Shown piece by piece: positions 1-8,330 of a DNA stretch of 56,489 nucleotides (its first letter is position 1; each line of letters opens with the position of its first letter). Location: assembly GCA_029978585.1 (NCBI GenBank), contig JAPOJD010000001.1:1-56489 (forward strand), given 5' to 3'. The notes beneath the pieces were generated by a model. The model was given only the letters and a program-made list of their open reading frames with translations, had not been told where the DNA came from and ran no database searches. The DNA is from Actinomycetota bacterium (GTDB lineage: Bacteria; Actinomycetota; Actinomycetes; S36-B12). The position numbers and the translations under genes are program-made.

Positions 1-95
1 GCCCCCCGGGCCCCGTTGCGCCCCCCCCCGCGGGGTGGGGGGGGGGGGGGTGCCGCCGGGGGTGGGGGTGCCGGCCCCCCCCCCCGCCGCTCAAC
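1..95. repeat. Extreme G/C homopolymer block (C9 at 21-29, G14 at 37-50, G5 58-62, G5 64-68, C11 at 75-85); G-quadruplex-capable or an assembly/sequencing artefact
   Basis: Read directly from the sequence. Four or more G-runs within 40 nt, flanked by long C-runs. No such tracts occur elsewhere in the window. Confidence 0.6.
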
Positions 96-150
96 GCAGT
101 GTGCGGAGCCGAATCGGGCCCGGGGTGCCCTCTCGCGCACTAGTCTCGCC

Positions 151-170
151 GTACGCCGCGACCGGCGTAC
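151..170. promoter_or_regulatory. Perfect 20-bp palindrome GTACGCCG-CGAC-CGGCGTAC, 24 nt upstream of the potA-like start; candidate operator or 5' hairpin
   Basis: The 8-nt arms are exact reverse complements. It lies just upstream of the GAAGGAGG Shine-Dalgarno at 183-190. Confidence 0.4.
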
Positions 171-193
171 CCGCGTTCGGTGAAGGAGGTGGC

Positions 194-1264
194 GTGACCG
201 CCGGGCCAGCGCTCCGCATCCGCGACGTGTCGAAGGCCTTCCCCACGCCGGAGGGCGGGGTGGTCCAGGCGCTCGACTCCGTCAGCCTCGACGTCGCCGA
301 CGGGTCTTTCATGGTCCTCCTGGGCCCGTCCGGATGCGGCAAGACGACCCTGCTGCGCTGCATCGCGGGGCTCGAGTCGCCGGACAGCGGGGAGATCGAC
401 CTCAAGGGCCAGCGCATCGACGGCGTCCCGGTGTGGAAGCGACGTGTGAACACCGTCTTCCAGTCCTATGCGCTCTTCCCGCACATGACCGTCGCGCAGA
501 ACATCGCGTTCGGGCTCCAGATGGACAAGCTCCCCAAGGCGGAGATCGCGCGCAAGGTCGACCAGGCGCTCGACATGGTCCGCCTGACGGACCTCGGCGC
601 ACGACGCCCCAGTCAGTTGTCGGGCGGGCAGCAGCAGCGTGTCGCCCTCGCGCGCGCACTGGCCAAGGAGCCCGAGGTGCTCCTGCTGGACGAGCCCCTG
701 TCGGCCCTCGACCTCAAGTTGCGCCGCGGTATGCAGATGGAGCTCAAGCGGCTGCAGCGGGAGACGTCGATCACCTTCGTCCTCGTCACCCATGACCAGG
801 ACGAGGCGATGTCGATGGGGGACGAGGTCGCCGTCTTCGACCGCGGGCGAATCGCGCAGGTGGGCCCGCCCCGGGAGGTCTACCTCGCGCCGAGGACCCG
901 CTTCGTCGCCGACTTCATCGGGGAGGCCAACCTCCTGGAGGGTACGGCGGCCGAGGGCCGCATCACCATCCGAGGTTTCGGCGAAGTGCCCGCGAGCGGC
1001 CTGGCTGTCGACACGGGGCGTCCCGCGGATGGCGCGGTCGTCCTGGCGGTCCGCCCGGAGAACGTCACGGTGAGCCCCGACCCTTCGGGCAACGGCACCG
1101 TCGTGGACGCAACATTCATCGGCGGGGACCTGCATCTCGAGGTGAGCGTGGGAGACGCAGTCCTGTCGGCACGCCAGGGCGGGCTGGGATCGGTCGCGCT
1201 CGCCGCTGGCGACTCTGTCCGCGTGGGCTTCGCACCCGGCTCGGCCCGGACCGTGGACCCCTAG
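194..1264 (+). CDS. potA: ABC transporter ATP-binding protein, spermidine/putrescine (PotA) type with C-terminal TOBE-like domain
   Basis: Walker A GPSGCGKTT, signature LSGGQQQRVALARAL, Walker B LLLDEP. GTG at 194 is preceded by GAAGGAGG. The tracked ORF start at 35 lies in the homopolymer region and was trimmed. Confidence 0.85.
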   Translation: MTAGPALRIRDVSKAFPTPEGGVVQALDSVSLDVADGSFMVLLGPSGCGKTTLLRCIAGLESPDSGEIDLKGQRIDGVPVWKRRVNTVFQSYALFPHMTVAQNIAFGLQMDKLPKAEIARKVDQALDMVRLTDLGARRPSQLSGGQQQRVALARALAKEPEVLLLDEPLSALDLKLRRGMQMELKRLQRETSITFVLVTHDQDEAMSMGDEVAVFDRGRIAQVGPPREVYLAPRTRFVADFIGEANLLEGTAAEGRITIRGFGEVPASGLAVDTGRPADGAVVLAVRPENVTVSPDPSGNGTVVDATFIGGDLHLEVSVGDAVLSARQGGLGSVALAAGDSVRVGFAPGSARTVDP

Positions 1265-2247
1265 TGGCCTCGACCCAGGCCCCGACCGAGACCACCGGTC
1301 CGGTTCCCACCGAGGTGCGCAGGCAGCGCCGATCCTCAGGACGCGCCGGCCAGGGATCGTGGTGGGCCGGACTGCCCGGCCTCCTCTTCCTCATGGCCCT
1401 CGTCCTCGCCCCTCTCGTGATCATCGTCCTCTACTCGTTCCTGAACCGGGCCAAGCTCGGCGTCGGGGTCAAGTGGCTCTTCACCGTCCAGCCATACGTC
1501 GAGCTCTTCTACTCGGAGTCGCTGTCGGGCGAGAAGACGTTCGACCCGGTCTATCTGCAGGTCCTGCTGAACTCAGCGCTCTACTCCCTCGTGACGGCAC
1601 TGGTGTGCCTGGTGCTGTCGGTGCCGATCGCCCTGTGGATCGCCACGCGGCCGCCCCGTTGGAGAACGGCGCTCGTCTTCCTGGTGACCATTCCGTTCTG
1701 GACGAGCCTGCTCATCCGCACGTACGCGTGGGTGATCATCCTCAACGACAACGGGCCGATCAACGGTGCGCTCACCGGCCTAGGCCTGATCTCCGAGCCG
1801 CTGCCGATGCTCTACACGCCCTTCGCGACCACCGTCGGACTGGTGTACTCGTTCCTGCCCTTCATGATCCTGCCCATCTACGCCAGTGCGGAGCGCTTCG
1901 ACTTCCGGCTGGCCGAGGCGGCGTATGACCTGGGGGCGACGCGCCTCACCGTGCTCCGGCGCATCGTCATGCCCGCCATCAGGCCCGGTGTCATCGCGGG
2001 CATGATCCTGGTCTTCATCCCCGCACTCGGGTCGTACCTCGCTCCGGAGCTGCTCGGGGGCGGCAAGACCTCGATGATCGCGAACGTCATCGCGGCGCAG
2101 TTCGGCGCTTCACGCAACTGGCCCTTCGGCGCCGCCCTGTCGGTCATGGTGCTCGTCATCACCATGCTCGTGCTCGTGGCCTTCGCCGTGGTGATCCGCC
2201 GGTCCGGCCGGGACGGCAACCGCCAGCAACTGGAGTCGTTCCTGTGA
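1264..2247 (+). CDS. ABC transporter permease (PotB-like)
   Basis: Multi-TM protein with an EAA-like loop (AEAAYDLGATRLTVLRRIVMP). The GTG start overlaps the potA stop by 1 nt. Confidence 0.85.
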   Translation: MASTQAPTETTGPVPTEVRRQRRSSGRAGQGSWWAGLPGLLFLMALVLAPLVIIVLYSFLNRAKLGVGVKWLFTVQPYVELFYSESLSGEKTFDPVYLQVLLNSALYSLVTALVCLVLSVPIALWIATRPPRWRTALVFLVTIPFWTSLLIRTYAWVIILNDNGPINGALTGLGLISEPLPMLYTPFATTVGLVYSFLPFMILPIYASAERFDFRLAEAAYDLGATRLTVLRRIVMPAIRPGVIAGMILVFIPALGSYLAPELLGGGKTSMIANVIAAQFGASRNWPFGAALSVMVLVITMLVLVAFAVVIRRSGRDGNRQQLESFL

Positions 2248-3044
2248 GCCGCGTGCGCGGGACGGGGGAGTCCCTGAAGAACTTCCCGCTCTTCGGGCTG
2301 GTCTCGGTTCTCGTCTTCGCCTTCCTCTACATCCCTCTGGTCTTCGTCGTCGGCTATTCCTTCAACGTCAACCGCGTCGTCACGGTGTGGAAGGGCTTCA
2401 GCCTCGAGTGGTACGCCGACGTCCTGACCAACAACGACATCCAGCGGGCCCTGATGAACTCGCTGCGCGTCGCGGTCGTGTCCACGATCCTGTCCGTCGT
2501 CCTGGCCACGGGGCTGGCGATCGGTCTCCTGCGCATGGCTCGGGCGGGCCGCATGTTCGCCTGGGGGCTCATCATGGCGCCCCTGATCATCCCCGAGATC
2601 GTCTTCGCGATCGGCACTCTCGCGCTCTTCGTCCAGGTGCGCTTCCCGCTGGGCGTGGAGGCCATCACCCTCGCGCACACCGCCTTCTGCATCCCGTTCG
2701 CGCTGCTGCCCATCCGGGCTCGCCTCCGAGGGGTGGACTTCGCCGTCTACGAGGCCGCGGCCGACCTCGGCGCGAACGAGTGGACGATCTTCCGGCGCAT
2801 CACGCTGCCCCTGCTCATGCCGGGAATCGTGGCCGGCGCTCTCCTGGCCTTCATCATCAGCCTGGACGACTTCCTCGTGTCCTACTTCCTCGCGGGGGCA
2901 GGGGGCACGACACTGCCGGTGTATATCTTCGGCATGATCCGCAACGCGATCACTCCTGGAGTGAACGCACTGTCGACGCTGCTGCTGCTGGTGAGCATCG
3001 TCATCGTGACCCTGTCCTACGTCATCACGAGCAGAAAGAGGTAG
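2244..3044 (+). CDS. ABC transporter permease (PotC-like)
   Basis: Multi-TM protein with EAA loop YEAAADLGANEWTIFRRITLP. There is a 4-nt GTGA overlap with the upstream permease. Confidence 0.85.
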   Translation: MSRVRGTGESLKNFPLFGLVSVLVFAFLYIPLVFVVGYSFNVNRVVTVWKGFSLEWYADVLTNNDIQRALMNSLRVAVVSTILSVVLATGLAIGLLRMARAGRMFAWGLIMAPLIIPEIVFAIGTLALFVQVRFPLGVEAITLAHTAFCIPFALLPIRARLRGVDFAVYEAAADLGANEWTIFRRITLPLLMPGIVAGALLAFIISLDDFLVSYFLAGAGGTTLPVYIFGMIRNAITPGVNALSTLLLLVSIVIVTLSYVITSRKR

Positions 3045-3046
3045 CT

Positions 3047-4213
3047 ATGGCACCGTGGAAGAACCGCCGCATGCCCGGCATCGCGCTGGTCATCGGCATT
3101 ACAAGCCTCATGGCGCTGGCAGCCTGCGGTGGCGAGACCACCGTGGGGGGCGGTGCCAGCAGCGAGGCCCCGGCATCGTCGGCCGCGGCTCCCGCGCCGG
3201 CGGAGAGCGGCGGCGCACCCGCGGCAGACTTCCCCACGCCGAACGGGGGGGAACTGAACCTCTACAACTGGACCGACTACATCTCGCCCGACCTCATCAA
3301 GAGATTCGAGTCAGAAACCGGAATCACGGTCAATCTCGACACGTTCGACTCAAATGAGACGCTCCTCGCGAAGCTCCAGGCCGGCGGAGCGAACTACGAC
3401 GTCATCGTGCCGAGTGACTACATGGTCGCGCAGATGATCGAGCTCGGGCTCCTGCAGGAGGTCGACCCCGCGAGCTTCCCCAACGGGAAGAACATCAAGC
3501 CGGAGTTCCTGGACGTGTACTTCGATCCGGGCCGCAAGTACACCGCCCCCTACATGTACGGCACGACGGGGATCGCGTACGACCCCACCAAGACCGGGGT
3601 CGAGGTCACCTCCTGGGCCGACTTCTTCGACCCGAACAGTCCGGCGGCCGGCAAGATCGGAACGCTGAATGACCAGGTCGAGGTGATCCACGCGGCCCTC
3701 CGCGCGGTGGGCTCGCAGCCCTGCTCTCCGAACAAGGAGGACTACGTCAAGGTCGAGGAGCTGCTCAAGAACTGGAAGCCCGGTGTCGCCGTCATCAACT
3801 CCGATGGCGTTATCGGCCGTATGGCCTCGGGCGAGCAGGTCATGCACATGATGTGGAACGGCGCCTTCACCCGTGCCCAGGCGGACAACCCCGATCTGCA
3901 GTACGTCTACCCCGCCGAGGGCATCAACCTGTGGCAGGACAACTTCGCCGTTCCGAATGGGGCGCAGAATGTCGACAACGCCAAGATCTTCATGAACTGG
4001 ATGATGGACCCGAAGAACATCGGCGAGGCGACCAACTTCGTGGGTTACGACAACGGGATCACCGGATCGGACCAGTCCATGACCCCGGAGCTCGCGTCGA
4101 ATCCCGCCGTCGTGATCCCCGAGGAGTTCAAGGCCCTGGCAAAGCCGACGCCCGGCTGCCCTGTGGAGGTCATCGACCTCTACGACCAGGTCTGGACGAA
4201 CTTCAAGAAGTAG
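3047..4213 (+). CDS. Polyamine-type (PotD/PotF family) ABC substrate-binding lipoprotein
   Basis: The internal ATG at 3047 gives signal peptide MAPWKNRRMPGIALVIGITSLMALAACGG with lipobox LAAC. The body resembles PotD (NLYNWTDYI, VPSDYM). The upstream part of tracked ORF 2387-4213 overlaps the PotC-like permease gene out of frame. Confidence 0.8.
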   Translation: MAPWKNRRMPGIALVIGITSLMALAACGGETTVGGGASSEAPASSAAAPAPAESGGAPAADFPTPNGGELNLYNWTDYISPDLIKRFESETGITVNLDTFDSNETLLAKLQAGGANYDVIVPSDYMVAQMIELGLLQEVDPASFPNGKNIKPEFLDVYFDPGRKYTAPYMYGTTGIAYDPTKTGVEVTSWADFFDPNSPAAGKIGTLNDQVEVIHAALRAVGSQPCSPNKEDYVKVEELLKNWKPGVAVINSDGVIGRMASGEQVMHMMWNGAFTRAQADNPDLQYVYPAEGINLWQDNFAVPNGAQNVDNAKIFMNWMMDPKNIGEATNFVGYDNGITGSDQSMTPELASNPAVVIPEEFKALAKPTPGCPVEVIDLYDQVWTNFKK

Positions 4214-4220
4214 TGCACGC

Positions 4221-4249
4221 GGGGGCGGCCGGGCTGACCGGCCGCCCCC
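4221..4249 (+). terminator. 12-bp all-GC perfect hairpin (GGGGGCGGCCGG-GCTGA-CCGGCCGCCCCC) between potD-like stop and amidohydrolase start; terminator or attenuator without a U-tract
   Basis: Exact inverted repeat read from the sequence, 8 nt after the TAG stop. It is followed by CTACTGCGG, so there is no T-run. Confidence 0.45.
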
Positions 4250-4266
4250 CTACTGCGGAGGCCCCT

Positions 4267-5877
4267 GTGGCGACCACCCGAATCGAGAACGCAACCGTCT
4301 GGACGGGGCACCGGCTGCCGTCCGGCGACGTCTTGACGACCGACGCCGTCCTCGTGCGCGACGACCGGATCGTGGCCCTCGGTGGGACGGCTCGCTCTAC
4401 GGACGCCGACGAGGTGATCGACGGACAGGGTGGCTTCGTGCTCGCGGCGTTCGGTGACGGACACGTGCATCCGGTCTTCGGCGGGCTCGAGCAGCAATTT
4501 GCGCCCGTGCGCGACATGTCGAGCCCGCTGGAGATCGCCGCCTCGGTTGGCGCCTGGGCGCGTAGCCATCCCGAGACCGAATGGGTTCGCGGAGAGGGAT
4601 TCGATCACACACTGGCACCAGAAGGCATCTTCCTGGCGTCGTGGCTCGACGCCGAAGTGCCCGACCGACCGGTGGTGCTTCGCGCGACGGACTACCACAC
4701 CGTCTGGGTCAACTCCGAGGCTTTGCGACGCGCCAACTATGGCGTCGGGATCGCACAGCCGCACGATGGCGAGATCGTGCTGAGTGACGACGGCATGCCC
4801 ACCGGCACTCTTCGAGAGTGGGGTGCCTGGCGACCGGTCTACAACCTCATGCCTGAGCCTCCCCTGACCATGCTCATGGATGCGGTGTCCTTCGCCTCTC
4901 GCTCCTTCGCCTCAGCCGGCATCTCCTGGATCCAGGACGCCTGGGTGGAGCCGAGCGGCGTCGGCGTCTGGTTGACCGCCGAGCAGCGGGGCCTCCTCGA
5001 CCAGCAGGTCGATCTCGCCCTGTGGGCGGATCCCAACTCCTGGCGCGAGCAGCTCGACGGTTTTCAGGCGTCACGGGCCCGCGTGGCCGCCGAGGGCGGC
5101 GGGCAGGTATCCGCCCGCACCATCAAGTTCTTCGCCGACGGAGTCATCGAATCGGCCACCGGCGCCCTGATCGAGCCCTACTGCGACTGCCCCCACTCCA
5201 GGGGCCTTCCCAACTGGGACCCCGAGGAGATGAAGCTGGCTGTCGCGGCCATCGACGCCCTCGGCTTCACCGCCCACATCCACGCCATCGGTGACTTCGG
5301 TGTGCGCATGGGGCTAGACGCGACCGAGTACGCGTCTCGCGTCAACGCCCCGTGGGATCGCCGTTGGGTCATCGTGCACACCCAGCTCGTCGACCCCGCC
5401 GACCTGGCACGTTTCGCCGAGATTGGCGTCATCGCCAACTTCGAGCCGTACTGGTCGAAGTTCGACTCCTGGCAGACTGAGCTCACCGCCCCACGCCTCG
5501 GGCCAGATCGCACCGCTCGGCAGTACCAGACCGGCACGATCGCCAACCTGGGCGCGACGATCTCCTTCGGCAGCGATTGGCCGGTGACGACGTACGCGCC
5601 GCTCGAGGGGATCCAGGTCGCCGTCACCCGCCAGATGGGGCCGGGTGAACCGGTGTGGCTGCCCGATGAGCGGGTCAGCGTCGACGCTGCCCTGTCGGCC
5701 TACACGAGCGGCGTGGCCTATCAGGCCGGTCGCTCCGACGCGGGGTACGTGCGGCCCGGGGCGGTCGCCGACCTGGCCTGGATAGCTCAGGATCCGCGCG
5801 CGGTCGATCCGTTGACCATCGGGGCGATCCCCGTGTTGGGCACCTGGTACCGCGGCCGGCGCACCTTCACGGGCTGA
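4267..5877 (+). CDS. Amidohydrolase family 3 (YtcJ-like, COG1574-type) metal-dependent hydrolase
   Basis: Metal-binding pattern GDGHVHP, IKFFADG, HIHAIGD, VHTQ, FGSDWP. The GTG at 4267 is in frame with tracked ORF 3853-5877. The upstream part overlaps potD. Confidence 0.75.
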   Translation: MATTRIENATVWTGHRLPSGDVLTTDAVLVRDDRIVALGGTARSTDADEVIDGQGGFVLAAFGDGHVHPVFGGLEQQFAPVRDMSSPLEIAASVGAWARSHPETEWVRGEGFDHTLAPEGIFLASWLDAEVPDRPVVLRATDYHTVWVNSEALRRANYGVGIAQPHDGEIVLSDDGMPTGTLREWGAWRPVYNLMPEPPLTMLMDAVSFASRSFASAGISWIQDAWVEPSGVGVWLTAEQRGLLDQQVDLALWADPNSWREQLDGFQASRARVAAEGGGQVSARTIKFFADGVIESATGALIEPYCDCPHSRGLPNWDPEEMKLAVAAIDALGFTAHIHAIGDFGVRMGLDATEYASRVNAPWDRRWVIVHTQLVDPADLARFAEIGVIANFEPYWSKFDSWQTELTAPRLGPDRTARQYQTGTIANLGATISFGSDWPVTTYAPLEGIQVAVTRQMGPGEPVWLPDERVSVDAALSAYTSGVAYQAGRSDAGYVRPGAVADLAWIAQDPRAVDPLTIGAIPVLGTWYRGRRTFTG

Positions 5878-5878
5878 C

Positions 5879-6601
5879 ATGGCCCTCACCCCGGGCGAGG
5901 CAGACCGGCTGCTGCTTTTCACTCAGGCGCAACTCGCGCGCGCACGGCGCGACCGGGGACTGCGACTCAACGTCCCGGAGGCCACCGCGCTCATCGCCGA
6001 TGCGGTGTGCGAGTGGGCACGCGACGGCCTCACCCTCGAGGAGGCCCGCGACCGCGCGCGGGCGATGCTGACGCCCGCGGACGTGCTACCCGACGTGCCG
6101 TCGATCCTCACGGACGTGCGCGTCGAGGCGCGCTTCGACGACGGCACGCGGCTCGTCGTGGTCCACGACCCTTTCGGGGTCCTGCTGCCTCCGGACCGGA
6201 CCGAGCACCGCGCCAGTGGCGTCCTGCTCACGATCTGCAATGAGGCGGTGACCCCCATCGGCGTGACATCGCACATGCACCTCGCCGAGGTGAACCCCCG
6301 GCTCCGGCTCGACCGCGCGGCTGCGTTCGGCCACCGCCTCGATGCCCCCGCGGGCACCACGACATGGATTGCGCCGGGCGAGGCGGCCGAGGTGCGCATG
6401 GTCCCGATCGGCGGGGAGCGGATCGTGGAGGGCAACACCGGGGCGGTGAACGGCGCCCTTGATGACCCTGCCGTGCGCGACCGGGCACTGGCCGTGCTGC
6501 GCGAATGCGGCTATCTGGACGTCGTCGACGGCCGTGACGTCAACGCTCCGGCCGATGCGGAGTCGGCGGTTGCCCGTCTCATGGAGGGGCGCCGCCCATG
6601 A
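5879..6601 (+). CDS. ureAB: Urease gamma/beta fused subunit
   Basis: The N-terminal 100 aa align by eye to UreA (LTPGEADRLLLFT, NVPEATALIA, VRVEARFDDGTRLVVVHDP). The C-terminal part carries UreB motifs (GVTSHMHLAEVNPRLRLDR, AGTTTWIAPGE). It starts 1 nt after the amidohydrolase stop. Confidence 0.85.
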   Translation: MALTPGEADRLLLFTQAQLARARRDRGLRLNVPEATALIADAVCEWARDGLTLEEARDRARAMLTPADVLPDVPSILTDVRVEARFDDGTRLVVVHDPFGVLLPPDRTEHRASGVLLTICNEAVTPIGVTSHMHLAEVNPRLRLDRAAAFGHRLDAPAGTTTWIAPGEAAEVRMVPIGGERIVEGNTGAVNGALDDPAVRDRALAVLRECGYLDVVDGRDVNAPADAESAVARLMEGRRP

Positions 6602-8241
6602 CCGCCTACGGTCCCGCAGCAGGCGACGTCGTCGTGCTGGGCGACACCGGCCTTCGGCTACGCATTCCGGATCGGGTGGCCGATGCGAGCGACGAGTTCA
6701 AGGTGGGCTTCGGCAAGACCGGCCGCGATGGGATCGGGCTCACTCCCGTCACGACTGCCGAGTCCTGCGATGTCGTGCTGGCCAATGTCGTCGTCATGGA
6801 CCCCATCGATGGGATCAGAGTGGCCTCCATAGGAATCCGCGAGGGACGCATCAGCGGCATCGGGAAGGCGGGCAATCCGCGCGTCTCCCGCGATGTCGAT
6901 GTGGTTGTCGGCTCCGGAACGGTGGTTATCGAGGCCGATGGCCTGATTGCGACGCCGGGGGGCATCGACACCCACGTGCATTCACTGTCGCCGCGGGTGT
7001 TCGAGGCGGAGATCGCCTCCGGGGTGACGACGGTGATCGGCCAGGAGGCGGGCCCGGTGTGGGGCGTTGGCCTGGGATCGCGCTGGTACCTCGATCTCGC
7101 GCACCGTGCGCTCGACCATTACCCGCTGAACATCGGCCTCCTGGGACGGGGCTCGAGCTCGCGACCGGACGTGCTGCGCGAGGCGGTCGAGGGCCACGTG
7201 TGCGGATTCAAGGTTCACGAGGACACCGGGGCGACCCTGGCCACTATCGACGCCGCCCTGCGGGTCGCCGATGACATCGACGTGCAGGTGGCCCTCCACA
7301 CGGACGGGCTCAACGAGACGTTGTCGGTGTCCGACACGCTCGCGGTCCTCGATGGACGGGTGATCCACGCGTTCCACGTCGAGGGCTGCGGCGGGGGCCA
7401 TGCCCCGGATGTGCTCACGCTTGCCGGCCATGATCACGTGCTGGCGTCGTCGACCAATCCGACGCTGCCCTACGGCGCCAACGCCGTTGCCGAGCATCTC
7501 GACATGATCCTGCTGTGCCATGGCATGGACACGGGCAGCGAGGCCGACGTGCGGATCGCCCGCGCCCGGGTACGAGGCGTGACCATGGCCGCGGAGAACC
7601 GCCTGCACGACATGGGAGTCATCCCGATGACCTCCTCGGACGCGCAGGGTATGGGACGTGCCGGCGAGACCTGGTGGCGGACGTTTGCCCTGGCCAGCGT
7701 GATGGCGGGCGCAACCGACTCCGAGGACACTGGCACCGACTCCAACGAGCGGATCCTGCGGTATCTGGCGAAGATCACCATCAATCCCGCCCTCGCCCAC
7801 GGCATCGCCCACGAGGTCGGCCGCCTGACCGCGGGCTACCTCGCTGACATCGTGCTGTGGCCCGCCTCGAGTTTCGCGGCCAAGCCGTGGCTGGTGCTCA
7901 AGGCGGGCTACCCGGCCTGGGGCGTCACCGGGGACCCGAATGCGAGCATTTCGGAGGCCGAGCCGCTGCGCCTGGCGGAGCAGTTCGGCGCTCTGGGTGC
8001 GGCGCCTGCGGAACTGTCCCGCCTGCTCACGAACTCAGCGGCCGCGGCAGAGCGACCGTCAGCGCGAGCCCCCCTCATCGTGCGCGACTGCCGCACGGTA
8101 CGGGGCTCGGACATGGTGCGCCATGGAGTGCTCGGGGAGATCAGCGTGGCTCCGGATGGCTCCGCGGTCACCTGGGACGGGAGCGCGCTCGACGGGCTCC
8201 CGGCGGAGAAGGTCCCGCTCTCGCGCCTTTTGTTCTGGTAG
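6598..8241 (+). CDS. ureC: Urease alpha subunit (547 aa) with all canonical metal and catalytic residues apparently present
   Basis: GGIDTHVHS (HxH), GFKVHEDTG (carbamylated Lys plus His), ALHTDGLNE, HAFHVEGCGGGHAPD, LLCHG (flap Cys-His), MTSSDAQGMGR (Asp). There is a 4-nt ATGA overlap with ureAB. Confidence 0.88.
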   Translation: MTAYGPAAGDVVVLGDTGLRLRIPDRVADASDEFKVGFGKTGRDGIGLTPVTTAESCDVVLANVVVMDPIDGIRVASIGIREGRISGIGKAGNPRVSRDVDVVVGSGTVVIEADGLIATPGGIDTHVHSLSPRVFEAEIASGVTTVIGQEAGPVWGVGLGSRWYLDLAHRALDHYPLNIGLLGRGSSSRPDVLREAVEGHVCGFKVHEDTGATLATIDAALRVADDIDVQVALHTDGLNETLSVSDTLAVLDGRVIHAFHVEGCGGGHAPDVLTLAGHDHVLASSTNPTLPYGANAVAEHLDMILLCHGMDTGSEADVRIARARVRGVTMAAENRLHDMGVIPMTSSDAQGMGRAGETWWRTFALASVMAGATDSEDTGTDSNERILRYLAKITINPALAHGIAHEVGRLTAGYLADIVLWPASSFAAKPWLVLKAGYPAWGVTGDPNASISEAEPLRLAEQFGALGAAPAELSRLLTNSAAAAERPSARAPLIVRDCRTVRGSDMVRHGVLGEISVAPDGSAVTWDGSALDGLPAEKVPLSRLLFW

Positions 8242-8330
8242 GCCGTCACGGGGTCATAGACTCATGGCCCCGGAGGCCTTGTCCCTTTCGCATCGCCTTT
8301 GCTCCGAGACGATTGTGAATTGAGGACGCC

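Noticed and set aside
35-193. N-terminal 53 codons of the tracked 409-aa ORF for the potA-like gene
   Set aside because: This part is Gly/Pro/Val-rich junk encoded by the homopolymer block. A GTG at 194 with a strong GAAGGAGG Shine-Dalgarno gives a normal PotA N-terminus, so the extension is treated as non-coding.
140-1135. 331-aa antisense ORF opposite potA, and similar long antisense or out-of-frame ORFs elsewhere (16301-18214 +, 24962-26557 -, 37765-39096 -, 39669-40880 -, 41718-42911 -, 44302-45558 -, 48488-49996 -, 50874-52040 -)
   Set aside because: These are Arg/Gly/Pro/Asp-rich translations with no motifs. Each lies fully inside a gene with unmistakable family signatures on the other strand or frame. 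This is the usual stop-codon-poor artefact of roughly 70 percent GC DNA.
2387-3046. Upstream 220 codons of tracked ORF 2387-4213, and likewise 3853-4266 of ORF 3853-5877
   Set aside because: They overlap the PotC-like permease gene and the potD-like gene in other frames and have Arg/Pro-rich composition. Internal starts at 3047 (lipoprotein signal) and 4267 give sensible proteins.
8242-8330. Urease accessory genes or a terminator immediately after ureC
   Set aside because: The 89-nt spacer has no ORF and no convincing inverted repeat. The next gene is a DUF4190-type membrane protein with no UreD/E/F/G motifs such as a UreG P-loop.
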